DNA of 64,000 nt. Origin: the human T2T-CHM13v2.0 reference genome, Homo sapiens. The stretch lies in the NCBI RefSeq assembly GCF_009914755.1, contig NC_060926.1, one strand, 5' to 3'. Position 1 is the first letter of the stretch; every line of letters begins with the position of its first letter. Of the stretch, positions 42,427-55,075 are shown piece by piece. A program made the position numbers and the translations under genes. Below the pieces are notes generated by a model. That model did no database searches and was not told the origin of the DNA. It was given only the letters and a program-made list of their open reading frames with translations.

Positions 42427-42773
42427 CAGTCATGCATGGTATAACAGCATTTCCATCAATGCAAATCACATATTCAACGATGGTCCCATAGATAAACAGT
42501 ACCATATTTTTACTGTACCTTTTCTATGTTTAGATATGTTTGGATACATAAATACTTACCACTGTGCTATAACTGCCTACAGGATTCAGCACAGGAACAT
42601 GTTGTATAGGTTTGTAGCCTAGGCATAATAGACTATACCGAATAGCCTAGGCGTGTAGTAGGCTATACCACCTAGGTTTGTGTAAGTACACTCCTTGATG
42701 TCCATGCAATGGCAAAACCGCCTAATGACACGTTTCTCAAAACATATCCCCTTTATTAAGCAACCTGTGACTA
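42427..42773. mobile_element. Tigger3a (MER7A)-like TcMar DNA transposon
   Basis: TA|cagtcatgca...tagcctaggcgtgtagtaggctataccacctaggtttgtgtaagtacactc...tgacta|TA. Confidence 0.88.
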
Positions 42774-42775
42774 TA

Positions 42776-43378
42776 GAGTCAGCCCTCCTTTTCCACAGTT
42801 CCACATTTGCAGATTTAATTAACTATAAATCAAAAATATTCAGAAAAACAAAACAATAAAAAATACAAATTTGAAAAACTATACGGTATAGCAAGCACTT
42901 ATGTAGCATGTACATTGTATTAGGTACTATAAGTAATCTGGAAATGATTTAAAGTATAAGTGAGGATGTGCATAGGTTCTAAGCAAATACTAAGCTTTTG
43001 TTTTAAATTTGAGACAGAACCTCCTCTGTTGCCCAGGCTGGAGTGTAGTGGCACAATCTCAACTCACTGCAACCTCCACCTGCTAGGCTCAGGCAACCTT
43101 CCCTGCCTCAGGCTCCCAAGTACCTGGGATTACAGGTGCTCACCACCACACCTGGCTAATGTTTGTACATTTAGTAGAGATGAGGTTTTGCCCTGTTACC
43201 CAGACTGGTCTTGAATTCCGGGGCTCAATCGATCCAACTGCCTCAGCCTCCCAAAGTGTTGGGATTACAGGCTTGAGCTACTGTGCCTGGCCTAAGCCAT
43301 TTTATATAAGAGACTTAAGCACTGATAGACTTTGATATCCATGGAACCAATTTCCCCATAAATACTAACGGACAACTG
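42776..43378. mobile_element. MER2-like Tigger element interrupted by an AluJ (42997-43292, - strand)
   Basis: acattgtattaggtactataagtaatctggaaatgatttaaagtata...ggaaccaatttcccc...ggacaactg|TA. The Alu is flanked by ctaagc on both sides. Confidence 0.85.
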
Positions 43379-44498
43379 TATGTATATGTGTGTTATTACA
43401 TTTCCATTTTACAGATAAGAAAAACAAAATGCAAGAACTTAAGGTCACACAGTAAGTAGGTGAGCTGAGAATTAAACATGATCAAAACCTTTACCTTAAC
43501 CCTTATATTACATGGTAGTGGTACTTAATAGGATTGTCATAAAGACCAAGTGAGATAATTCATGCAAATATTTAGCTCTGTGACTAGCACATATTAAGCA
43601 CTCAACAAATTTAGCTACTATTGTTTGTTGTGGTGGTTCTGTATCCAGAATTATACATTTAATATTCATCACAAATTCTTCAGTTGAGGTCCTATTATTC
43701 CTATATTATAGATTTTTAAAAAGACTCAGAATTAATGATGTGACTGGGATTTCAAAGCAAGTTCTTGCTCCAAAAAACTGTCTTGTTCCAAATCCAAACT
43801 AAACGACCCCTATTTTCTATTTATTAATCTCCTTCTAACTCTATTCAAGAAAAGAATTTCAATCTGCCCTTGTTGGAAAAATTCCAGCCAAGCTCAGGAG
43901 CTAGATTGTGGTGGTTCTTTTGGAGGATTATGATGAGAGACAGGTGAAGAGGGCCCCACCCATGAGATGAAATGGATCTGGCAGGCCTTGAAGCTGCTTG
44001 GATCTCTGCAGGCCTAAGTACTAGTTTACATGGATTATAATAGAGCTAGGCCTGGCTAGAGGACCCTAACAAATGATATAAACTAAAACCCATTATGCCA
44101 CTAAAAATAAACTACCGAATTGAGTCAGAGAAAAATCTCTCCATTAAACAGGGCTTGATGAAATTCTAACAAAAGTTCACACACAAGACCCAAAGACACA
44201 AGCAATAAGAAAAAGATAAACAAATTTGACTCAAATCGAATTTTTTAAGTATTTTTAAGCAGAGGATGTAACTAAGGCATCCTAGGCAAATGCAGCCTGG
44301 AAGTTGGCATTCACAGTGAGTATAACCGACAAGGAAGTGGTATCCAGAAAAACGTCTTTAAAGCTCCTACAAGTCAGTAAAAATAAGAAAAACTGCTCAC
44401 CAGGAAAAACTGGGCCCAGATGTTCAGGCCTCCACCATAAGATCACAGGAAGGTTTGCATTTCACATCCTGTTTCTCAAGAAATATGGCCTACGCTTC

Positions 44499-44857
44499 TG
44501 TATTAGTCCGTTTTCAAACTGCTATAAAGATACTACTCAAGACTGCATAATTTATAAAGGAAAGAGGTTTTTAATTGACTCACAGTTCCACTTGGCTGGG
44601 GAGGCCTCAGGAAACTTACAATCATGGCGAAAGGGGAAGCAGGTGTGTCTTACATGGCAGCAGGGTAGAGAGATAGTGTGAGAGCGCAGGAAAAGCTACC
44701 ATTTATAAAACCATCAGATCTCATGAAAATTCACTCACTATCACGAGAACAGCATGGAGGAAACCACCCCCATAATCCAATCACTTCACTCCTTCCACAC
44801 ATGGGGATTACAATTAGAGATGAGACTTGGGTGAGGACACAGAGCCAAACCATATCA
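44499..44857 (-). mobile_element. THE1 (THE1C/D-like) MaLR solo LTR
   Basis: tgtattagtccgttttcaaactgctataaag...gaggcctcaggaaacttacaatcatggcg...gacacagagccaaaccatatca; TSD gcttc/ccttc. Confidence 0.92.
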
Positions 44858-45077
44858 CCTTCAACTGAGCAATCTGCTCCTAGGTGTACATACCCTAACC
44901 TTCCAGGAGACATGAATCAGAATGTTCCCTGCAGCATTATTTGTAATAGTGAGCAATAAAAACACCTAGATGGATAAACAATTGGTGGCATATTCACAAA
45001 AATGAACTAGAGATAGTGGTATCTGCATGGATACATCTCATAAATATAATAGTTTAAAAAAGCAAATGGCATTTATT

Positions 45078-45340
<263 letters not shown>

Positions 45341-45809
45341 TTATTCTCCAAACTTTTAGTAAGTCTGACATTTTTCATAATTAAAAAAACATAAAATCTT
45401 TTCTAATGAGAATTGTAGGGCCAGAGGCACAGAGGGTTCCTGGGGAAAGAATGTTCAATAAACAGCAAGCAGCAACTTTTTCCTGTGTCAAGTCTATTGG
45501 TCCTGCCAGGTGCCAGGAGCTGGAGGGTGATGAAAATGTTCAGACTCATTGCTGCCCTCAGATGGCTTGTGATCTAACTGGGTAAGAATCAAATCAGTGG
45601 CAATGCCAGTCAGGAGTGAAGCAACAAGGCCACAACAATATGTGGCAGTCACTCACCAGCCACCAGCCCACAGGAGCAGAGGCTCCTGGGACATCTGGCC
45701 ACAGAGAAGTCAACACAACTGGCTCCTAAGCTGCAAGCTTCTTGAAGACATCTGAGTCCCTGTTCCCTCCCTACCCACATCTCCATACTTTTTATGGTTG
45801 GTTACATTT

Positions 45810-45945
45810 TTTGTTTTGTTTTGTTTTGTTTTGTTTTAGAGACAGTGTCTCGCTATGTTGCCCAGGCTGGTCTCAAACTCCTGGACTCAAGTGATCCTCT
45901 CTCATCAGCCTCCCGAGTAGCCAGGATTACAGGCAAATGCCATGC
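45810..45945 (-). mobile_element. FLAM monomer with a (GTTTT)n tail
   Basis: agagacagtgtctcgctatgttgcccaggctggtctcaaactcctggactcaagtgatcc. Confidence 0.85.
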
Positions 45946-46442
45946 TGTTGGTGAAATTTTGTTTAATTTTTTATCTTTAATTATGATATATTTCAAGCAT
46001 ATGAAAAGGCACAGATGTAATGAACACCCGAGGACATCCTAGACAACAGATGTTAACATCATTTGCATTTGTTTTGGATATATTTTGTAATATATCAACA
46101 TAGATGGAGCAAATCCTCACACCCTGACCCCAAGTCTTCCCGTTCCCTCCCACGCCGAAGGGAACCACTGTCCTAACACTATTTATCTCTCCCATGCATA
46201 CTTTTGGACCTATAAACACAGAATATTGTAAGACAATGTAGTAAAACAATAGATTTCACACTTTTTACCACACTCAATCCATGAAAAGCATTTTATACTT
46301 TGACCCTGTAAACATGCACGCACACACACACACACGTGCATGCATATACGTAGACATATATACCTGTGTATGTGAGCGCATATGTAATCTGAAACAAAAT
46401 TTTCATGAAATAACACTCTTAACTACTTGCGGTACATTCTGA

Positions 46443-46555
46443 TTTTTTTTTTTTTTTTTTTAAGATGGAGGCAAGAGAATCATTTAACCCGGGAGGCTGA
46501 GGTTGCAGTGAGCGGAGATTGCACCACTGCACTCCAGGTTGGGTTACAGAGTAAG
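46443..46555. mobile_element. Rearranged Alu 3' fragment: antisense tail joined to an inverted right-arm segment
   Basis: T19 plus aagatggag (antisense Alu end) joined to sense gaggcaagagaatc...acagagtaag. Confidence 0.85.
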
Positions 46556-46559
46556 TATC

Positions 46560-47880
46560 TTCCCATTTTCATGAAGTCAAATTTATCAAATTTCTTTTTT
46601 GCCTATGCTGTCCAGTTTAAAACATTTTTCCATATCCTGAAGTTGTAACAATTAGTCTATATTTTCTTAACATTTCAAAATTTTACATTCTATACTTAGA
46701 TTTTAATCCAGCTGGAATTGTGTATATATGCATGTGCACACATGTGTTACGTATAGTGAGGTGGGAATCCTATTTTTTCTTTTTTCATAGTTTATTGTTC
46801 AAGACCAATTTATTATTCTTTCTTCATACTGCTTTGAATGTTACTTGTGTCATAAACCAAATTCTTAATATACATAAGTCTTTTTCTACACTCTCCAGGC
46901 TGTCCCATTGGTAGCTTTTACTATTTCTATGCCAATATTACACTGTTTAACTTTCTATAGCTTGCAAAATTTTTTGAAATCTGAGGGCGTATTTCTCATT
47001 ATCAGCATTATTATGATTAAGATTTTTGAAATTTATAACTGTTTCCTCTTTTATATGAATTTTTGGACCTATTTTGTCAAGTTCTGTGAAAAACTCTCTT
47101 GGACATTTTTGTTAGAATTGAATTAACTTTAATTTGATTTGGACAAAAATTGACATTTTATGTACAAAGACTTTTTATCCATGAATATATTTTGTCTCCC
47201 AACTACCTGGTCTTGTTTCATGTCTTTCAAAAAATTGTTTTCACCTTTTCTTTAAAGGTCTTATCCTCATATTTCTTTCTAGAAGTTCATAGTGTTTTTA
47301 TTTTTTATTGATATATAATAGATGTGCATATTCAGTTTTTGTTGTTGCTATTGTTGTTTTAAATGTATTTTAAGTAAATTTTCTAAATTTTGCTACTGAT
47401 TTTTTTGGTTTTATTGTCATTGTTGCTTTGAGACAATGTCTCGCTCTGTCACCCAGGCTGGAGTGCAGCAGTGCAATCACAGCTCACTGCAGCCTTGATC
47501 TCCTGGGCTCAAGCCATCCTCCCACCCCAGCCCCCTGAGTAGCTGGGACCACAGGCACATGCTACCATGTCTGGCTAATTTTGTTTTGTGGGTTTTTTTT
47601 TTTGTAGAAACGGGGTTTCACCATGTTGTCCAGGCTGGTCTTGAACTCCTGGGTTCAAGCAATCCACTTTCCTCAGCCTCCCAAAGTGATGGGATTACAG
47701 ACGTGAGCCACTCCTAGCCTTTACTGATTATTTTGTATATTGCTCATTTCCAGTAACCTTACTAAACATTCTTGTTATTTCTAATATTTTACCTGTAGGT
47801 TCTCATAAATGTTCTATTTTGGCCATCAAATAATCTCAAATAATGATAATTTTTTTTCTTTTCAGCTTTTTCTTTTTTCT
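46560..47880 (-). mobile_element. Old L1 (L1ME-like) ORF2 remnant containing an AluJ (47425-47720, - strand)
   Basis: gtcaaatttatcaaattt, atgccaatattacactgttt and gttagaattgaattaac are antisense L1 phrases; a full AluJ dimer lies inside. Confidence 0.75.
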
Positions 47881-48624
47881 ACAACCATGACAATCCCAAC
47901 TCAGCTCATAGGGACTAACAAGAAAGTGGACTCTACAGTCTCTATAGCAACACTGGAGTGGAGGAGGCAAGCTAACTCTAAGTTGTTATGTTGATGGTGG
48001 CTGATCATCAGGCATGTTTAGTACCAAAGTTCTCGAACATGTATGCTTGAATGTACACCCTACATGATTTCTTTGTAATGTTCTTTTTCCATCCCATGAC
48101 TCCACCCAAATTCTCCACTCACTATCTCCCACTGTATGGTTTTATGGGGCTGCTCATCCAAGGACCGTACTGGTACAGTATTCTCAATTCCTTCCATTAT
48201 CATATTGTTATAATAAAAATGTTATTTTTGTATCCTAGGTAACCCAATTTGGTGTCTGCATTGTTTTTCCTTCATGATAATCCTAATGCCAGCTGGCATA
48301 TTTTATAAGGGTATATAAACTGTACTAAGTTCAGTGGGCTGACATACGCAAGAACAAGATGTAAGCATTCTGTTTTCTCTTTCCAAGACCTGTATTTTGG
48401 AATTTTTTACTTTGAGTTGCTTTTTTTAGGGACTGGTGGAGGTGTTGTTGAATTGTTGGTGTTGTTGTATGTTTGTGTTTTATTTTGGTGACAACCTGTT
48501 ATCCTCAGTTTTAGTCTACTTATTTCTGAAATCTGAACATAAACACAAATATGTTTCATTGTCAGTGTTACTCCCATTCCTTTTCATAATGTATTATTCT
48601 TTCATTGTGGCTTTTTTGTTTTTT

Positions 48625-48922
48625 ATTTATTTGTTGAAACAGAGTCTTGCTCTCTTGTCCAGGCTGGAGTGCAGTGGCACAATCACAGCTCCTTGCAGCC
48701 TTGACCTCCTGGGCTCAAGCGACCCTCCCATGTCAGCCTACTGAGTCGCTGGGACTACAGGTATATACCACAACACCAGCTAGTTTTTTATTTTTTGTAG
48801 AGGCAGGGCCTCCATATGTCACCCAGACTGGTCTCAAACTTCTGGGCTCAATTGATCCTCCTGCCTCCTGCCTCAATCTCCCAAAGTGCCGGGATTATAG
48901 GTGTGAGCCACCACACCCAGCC
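48625..48922 (-). mobile_element. AluJ
   Basis: Full dimer with gcagccttgacctcctgggctcaagcga. Confidence 0.92.
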
Positions 48923-51660
48923 TGTGTATCTCTTTAATCATTTAAACATCCCTATCTTTGATGGTCTCTTTCAAATTGTTTTTCTATGATCTAGGGTTTG
49001 AGGTTGCTGACCTCCCTACAAGTGTCTGAAAACTCTTGTTTATGGTGGGTCTATCAGATATATTGTAATTTTTTACTGAACGCTCATCTTCAACTGAGCT
49101 TGATTTTTCGATGGAAATCTTTTATGACCAGAGTGATTTTCCATCTATGTCAGCATGTATCCTCAGCAGTAACATACACAGGCCCACTCTTCACGTGCAT
49201 CTCTTAATTTATGATGTTCATAACTCACAGACAGTATAAATTCAGTCTTCCAACCTCTCAAAGCATATACTTGGGATTTTACTTTCTCACAAAAGGATTT
49301 TATTTTTTCACCCAGAACCTAAGCACAAGCAAACTTTCTTGGCATCTTCCCAATTCAATGGGTGGATTTTTTATCCTAGTCCCTCTTTCCCTAAGAGTTC
49401 AGTCCTGCAATTGCTCCAGGTTTTGCTTTCTTGTTTAGGCTCCTGCATGGCACTAGCCCAAGCCTCTGATTCTCATCTCTGCATGGACCTTACCCCAGCC
49501 TAATAACAGCACAGACACATCCACACCCCAGGTCTGCTGTGGAGCTGCTCACCACTTCCAGCTATGTTTTTCCATTCCCTCTTCAGTCCCAGCAATTGGA
49601 CTAATTTGGTTTCCCTTCATCCTGCATTTCTGTGTGTTTGGAGTAGGAGGGTTCCACATTAGTCTGCTCCTCTCCAGCCCCATTTTCCTCCTCAGAGGCC
49701 CTCAAAACCAACCAGGCCTTAAAACCTCTGATAGAAGCCAGAATCAGATGCCTGTGGGGTCTAGGGTAAACCCTGCCTGCAGAAAGTATCTCCAGAATTT
49801 GGCTGAAATCTTTCTGGGAAGAAGAGACTGAGCTTGTTTGATTATTAACTGGACAATTTCTGCTTAACAACTACCTTTCTGTTCTTGTGCTGGAACAGAA
49901 CCAGAATGCTTCTTCCCTGCCAATTTCAGGGGATGAGATCATCTTTGCAAGGCCCTTGGAGAGACATTAAGTCAGGGATCTTTTCAAAAGAAATGCATGT
50001 GGCATGTGAGATTTGAAAGAACTATGGGTGCTTTCCTTGAAAAACAAACCCAATGGGGTTTTGTTGTTGTTGTTGTTTTGGGTAGGAAGCTTCCCAGTTT
50101 TTTGTTTCTGCTTTTAAATAAAAGTAGCAATAAGCCAGGGAGATTGGCCCTTTGTGGAGGGAACACATATCTACATGGGTGCAGGTGAAGAGTCACAGCT
50201 GAATACTCTGGCAGTGTTTGAAACTGTTTCTTTCAAACAGGATTGGTGTGCAAAGTCAAGAGGAAAGTCAGCAAGTATCTCAGGAAAGGACAGTCATGGA
50301 AAACAGAGCCCAGATTTTAAAGTCCGTGAGGGAGACCCACACCGTACAGACTCTCTAAGTAATGGCTTTCTTCCACATAGACGTGAATGTTTAAAGGCCA
50401 GTGAACACCACCCCTATGCACTCAGGCCTAAGCTTAATCAGCCCAAGGCTAAGTGTGCAGAAATCTCCTTAATAGAATTCCTGGCTTTAGATTTACTGAC
50501 ATCTTCCCTCCATGGTCTTGTGCCAAGGAAAAGTTTGGGTAGTCTGTCATCCACACCTTGGTGTGAATTTAACCCAATGTATTATTTGTCCAAAGATGTT
50601 GTCTTTTGAAGATTATAATCTCAGTGAGATAAAGATTTGCCTAAAATTATATGGTGCAGAGCAAGACCCTTCAACTCCAAATCCCAAGTTCTTTCCTTAG
50701 GAAGAACGGGATGGAGCCTCTTCACTGGGCTATGAGGTCCAGCCAAGCCTGCAGTCTCATGCTTTCTCAGACTATGGGTATGACTGCTCTGAGCAAGCAG
50801 TGATAATAAACATGCCCAGGGTCGATTTCTGCCACCTCAGCCTCTGAATTCACATCTCCCACAAGTCACTTCTTTCCTCTAAGGGATTTCTACTTCATGA
50901 TAAAATGTCTTTAGGGAACCATTAGCGAATTCCTTGCTATCCCTTAGGGACCTTTCAGCATCCCAGGGAAACAACCAAAGGAATTTTCCTCAAACAGTTT
51001 CATTCACATCAGTCCAAATCCCAAGGTACTAAACTCTCAGGAGGGTGTTAATCTCACGAAGAGCTTCTATAAAGTTGCTGGAACCCCGTCCACAATTTCT
51101 GCTGATGGGTGAGTCTATGGGCCCATGTCTGTAACGCATGACCCCACACTCCGGCCAGAGCTGACCGAAACCTGAGTGGAAACCTGGCCCAGGAGAAACA
51201 AATCCACTGGTTGGCCTGAGCCACTTAGATTCTCCCTCTCAAAAGAGAGGCCCCGAGGATAAGATGGAGCGAGGCACTGGATCTGGAATTCCATGTCATG
51301 CCAGAGCCAGTCATGTCATACCAGTGCCATGGTGAACTGAGCCAAATGCAAGGTGCAGCCAGATGCCCATACACCTGGGAAGGCAGGCCGCACCTCATCC
51401 TGAGGTCAGCCAGAGCCAGCAGGCAAACCACATGAGGATTCACATGCTTCATCCTGCACCAGATACCAGGTAGGAACAGAGGAGGGCCAACACAGAGATC
51501 CTGGAGGACGAGTAATTACCCCATAAAGGCAAAGGCCCTCACAATTACAATGCATTTGGTGTTGACGGCTGCCACAGAAGTGGTTGTGAGGGCAGAGGGA
51601 ATGAGCAAATGCATGAAGGGTAGCCACATGGTGAGAGCAATTAGGAACCATGTAACATGG

Positions 51661-52023
51661 TGTCTTAGTCTGTTTGGGCTGCTATAACAAAATACCATAG
51701 GCGGGGTAATTACTTATGAACAACAGAAAATGTATTGCTCACAGTTCTGGAGGCTGAGAGGTCCAAGACTGTGGCACCAGCAGACTCAGTTTCTGGTGAG
51801 GGCTCTCCACGTCAAAGACGGCATCTTGTTGCTGCGTCCTCACATGGTGGAACAGGCGAGGCAGCTCCCTTCAGCCTCTTTTATAAGGCCTCTAACCCCA
51901 CTCGTGAGGGCTCTGACCTCATGACCTAATCACTTTCCAAAAGGCCCACCTGTTACACGATCGCATTGGAGCGTGGCTGCCGACACGTGACTTTTAGAGG
52001 CACATCAAATTCAGGTCATAGCG
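51661..52023 (-). mobile_element. MLT1A-like MaLR solo LTR
   Basis: tgtcttagtctgtttgggctgctataacaaaataccatag...ctcacagttctggaggctg...cctcatgacctaatcac...ttcaggtcatagc. Confidence 0.88.
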
Positions 52024-52077
52024 TATGCAAAAGACCACCTGGCTGTCACCTCACTTTCCATTTTTCTCCAGATACTT

Positions 52078-52369
52078 CTTTTTTATTTTTGAAATAGGGT
52101 CTCTCATTCTGTCACCTAGGCTGGAGTGCAGTGGTGCAATCACAGCTCATTTGCAACACTGACCTCCCAGGCTCAGGTGGTCCTCCTACCTCAGCCTCCC
52201 AAGTAGCTGAAACTACAGGCGCACGGCACCATGCCCAGCTAATTTTTTGCATTTTTAGTAGAAATGGGGTTTCACCATGTTGCCCAGGCTGAACTCCTGG
52301 GCTCAAGCAATCCACCCGCCTCGACTTCCTAAAGTGCTGGATTACAGGCATGAATCACCGTGCCTGGCC
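52078..52369 (-). mobile_element. AluJ
   Basis: Dimer; TSD ttctccagata at 52064-52074 and 52370-52380. Confidence 0.92.
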
Positions 52370-52994
52370 TTCTCCAGATATTCCTGATTTTCCTCCTTAT
52401 AACAGCTAAACTTACCACACCTGCCCTTTGCCCCTTCACTCTCAGGTGGAGATCTGCCTCCTCTGTCAGTGAAAAGATGATCACCCAAGAGGAGATCAGC
52501 TGGTGCCCTTCCCTGTGCCAAGTCCTTGTTTCATCACTCACTATCCTTTCCTTCTCATCTGCTATAAAAACATGCCTCCTCCTTCACAAAGCTGAGTCTT
52601 CCATGTCTTGTGTTGATCCTGAGGCCTTGGACCTCTGGGATTCTTCATCCATCGCCCACTCTCCCTCTTTTGCATCTTCAATCTCTCTGTCTCTGACAGG
52701 GCCTTCCTCTCTGCCTGCAAATGTACTCCAGGGTCTCCAATCCTAAATCCCTTTCCTCAATCCCAGTGTTCACTCTGGCTACTTCCTGGCTTCCCTCATT
52801 CTCTTCATAGTCCAACTTTTTGGAGGAGTCGTCTAACACTTTCTCAAGCCTCACTCATCTCTCAATTCACTATGCCCATCAAATTGGGAATATTTTGAGA
52901 ATTGCTCTTGGACACAGAGCTCTCAATTGCAAAAGTGGATGTCCTGGTTCCAATTCCTTCTCTTACAACATCTAGCATTGTCGACCATGTCCTC

Positions 52995-53402
52995 TCTATT
53001 GGTCATTGCCAAACAGAACACAGATGGCACACACAAGCTGGTTGCTTTGCCCAAACAAGCCCATACCTCTAAAAACAGTCCCCTCACTAACAAGGAATGG
53101 TGCAGTATACCAGGGCCAGTAACAGAGAAAAGCTACCAGCACCAGAGAGAGTGAGCTATGTTGAGAAGAACCCCCACCCCAACAAGCTGGGGCCTGCATT
53201 GGAGAGTAAGGGTCAGGGAAACACACACCCCAATCTACTCATCTCCTTCCAGCACCCTCCTGCAGGGCTCCCCATTGGCTTGAACCCAACCACAGTCCAG
53301 AAGGTGAGAGAGCCATTGCTGACAGTCCTAAAGGTACTCCTCCTGGCACAGTGAGAAGAGCTGGGGGTGGCGGACCTCGAGGCAAACAGGAGGAAGCAGC
53401 AC
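52995..53402 (-). mobile_element. LTR33-like ERVL solo LTR inside an L2 remnant
   Basis: acagatggcacacacaa near one end and ctcccattggcttgaacccaaccacagtccagaagg...ctcctggcacag...ggcaaac near the other. Confidence 0.65.
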
Positions 53403-53559
53403 GCCCCACTCTTCCCACTGACTCTTCTCGCTTAGTTTTTGTCATACTGACTCTTCTGGAAAAATCGGAGTGCCTCAAATGCAACACATCCAAAATAAAA
53501 CTCATCTCCTCCCATCAGACTCTCGCCCACATTCCCACTCTCCACTAACGGCAGGCACC

Positions 53560-53721
53560 TGTGACTTCTTCACGTCATTGACAGCCTTGCAGTAGAGACG
53601 TCTCCTGGGAGCTTGTTAGAAATGGGGACTCTCAGGCCCTACCCAGACCTACTGGATCAGAATCTGCATTCTAATACCACACCCAGGGGGCTTGTGCACA
53701 TGTTAAAATCCAGAAGTGCTA
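53560..53721. mobile_element. MER5A hAT-Charlie element
   Basis: cctgggagcttgttagaaatg...ctcaggccctacccagacctactggatcagaatctgcattctaa. Confidence 0.85.
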
Positions 53722-53802
53722 GTTTACAGTACATTTCACAACCACTCCTCCTTTCCTTTTCACATTGTGTTAGCACATGCCAAAGTTAGAGGCTTAATAT
53801 TA

Positions 53803-54121
<319 letters not shown>

Positions 54122-54610
54122 TTACATGAATGGGGGCCTTGTGGAATCCTCCATAACCCCAATTTATTGCTTTGGACTTTGTCACAGGATGCTGCTTTAA
54201 GGATGCTGTGCTTGTAGACTTGACTTTGTGCCTTCTTATTGTTTTATGAAATCTATACCTATCCCCTCATTCCTTCTTTCCTTTATCCTTGGAGGATCAT
54301 GAAAGGCACCTAGATTGCCCTTTTTGTGTAAAAAAGTAAAAGACTATGTTGAATATTCAAAATGAGAAGCCCATCATTTGAAAATGTTTCAGATGACATT
54401 TGCCATGTAGAAACACATCACCCTGTTCAATCGTGTCAGGATTTGTATCTGTCCAAGTGTCAGTTTCCTCATCTACAAAATGGGGAGATGATAGTAACTC
54501 CTTTATAAGTGTAAGGATTAAATGTGGCAAAATATGTAAAATATGCCCTCCAAATGGACAATGCTCAAATATTCATTGAATAAAAAAAGGAAGGTATTTA
54601 ACATATCTGA

Positions 54611-54832
54611 GGTCAGGTGCGGTGGCTCACGCCTGTAATCCCAGCACTTTAGGAGGCCAAGGCAAGTGGATCACCTGAGGTCAGGCATTCAAGACCAGCC
54701 TGGCCAACATGGTGAAACCCTGTCTCTACTAAAAATACAAAAATTAGCCAGGAGGTGGAGGTTACAATGAGCAGAGGCTGTGCCACTGCACTCTAGCCTG
54801 AGCAACAGAGTAAGACTCCATCTCAAAAAAAT
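54611..54832 (+). mobile_element. AluS with an internal right-arm deletion
   Basis: aaattagccagg is joined directly to aggtggaggtt; atatctgag is duplicated on both sides. Confidence 0.9.
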
Positions 54833-54924
54833 AAAATATCTGAGCTTCAGTTTATGTAATGTAAATGTAAAATGAAGACTACAATACCAAGTTCAGTAAA
54901 TGTTCATTCTTATACTCTCCCACA

Positions 54925-55075
54925 ACCCACACACACGCTCACACACATGCACACACCTACACTCATGTGTGGACACACACACATGCATGCACACAGGCAC
55001 ACACATGAGCACAAACACACACATACACATGCATGCACACAATCAAAACCACATGCACATGCACTACACACAAAA
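54925..55075. repeat. Degenerate (CA)n/(CATG)n simple repeat
   Basis: acacacacgctcacacacatgcacacacc...; this produces the His/Thr-rich spurious ORFs. Confidence 0.9.
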
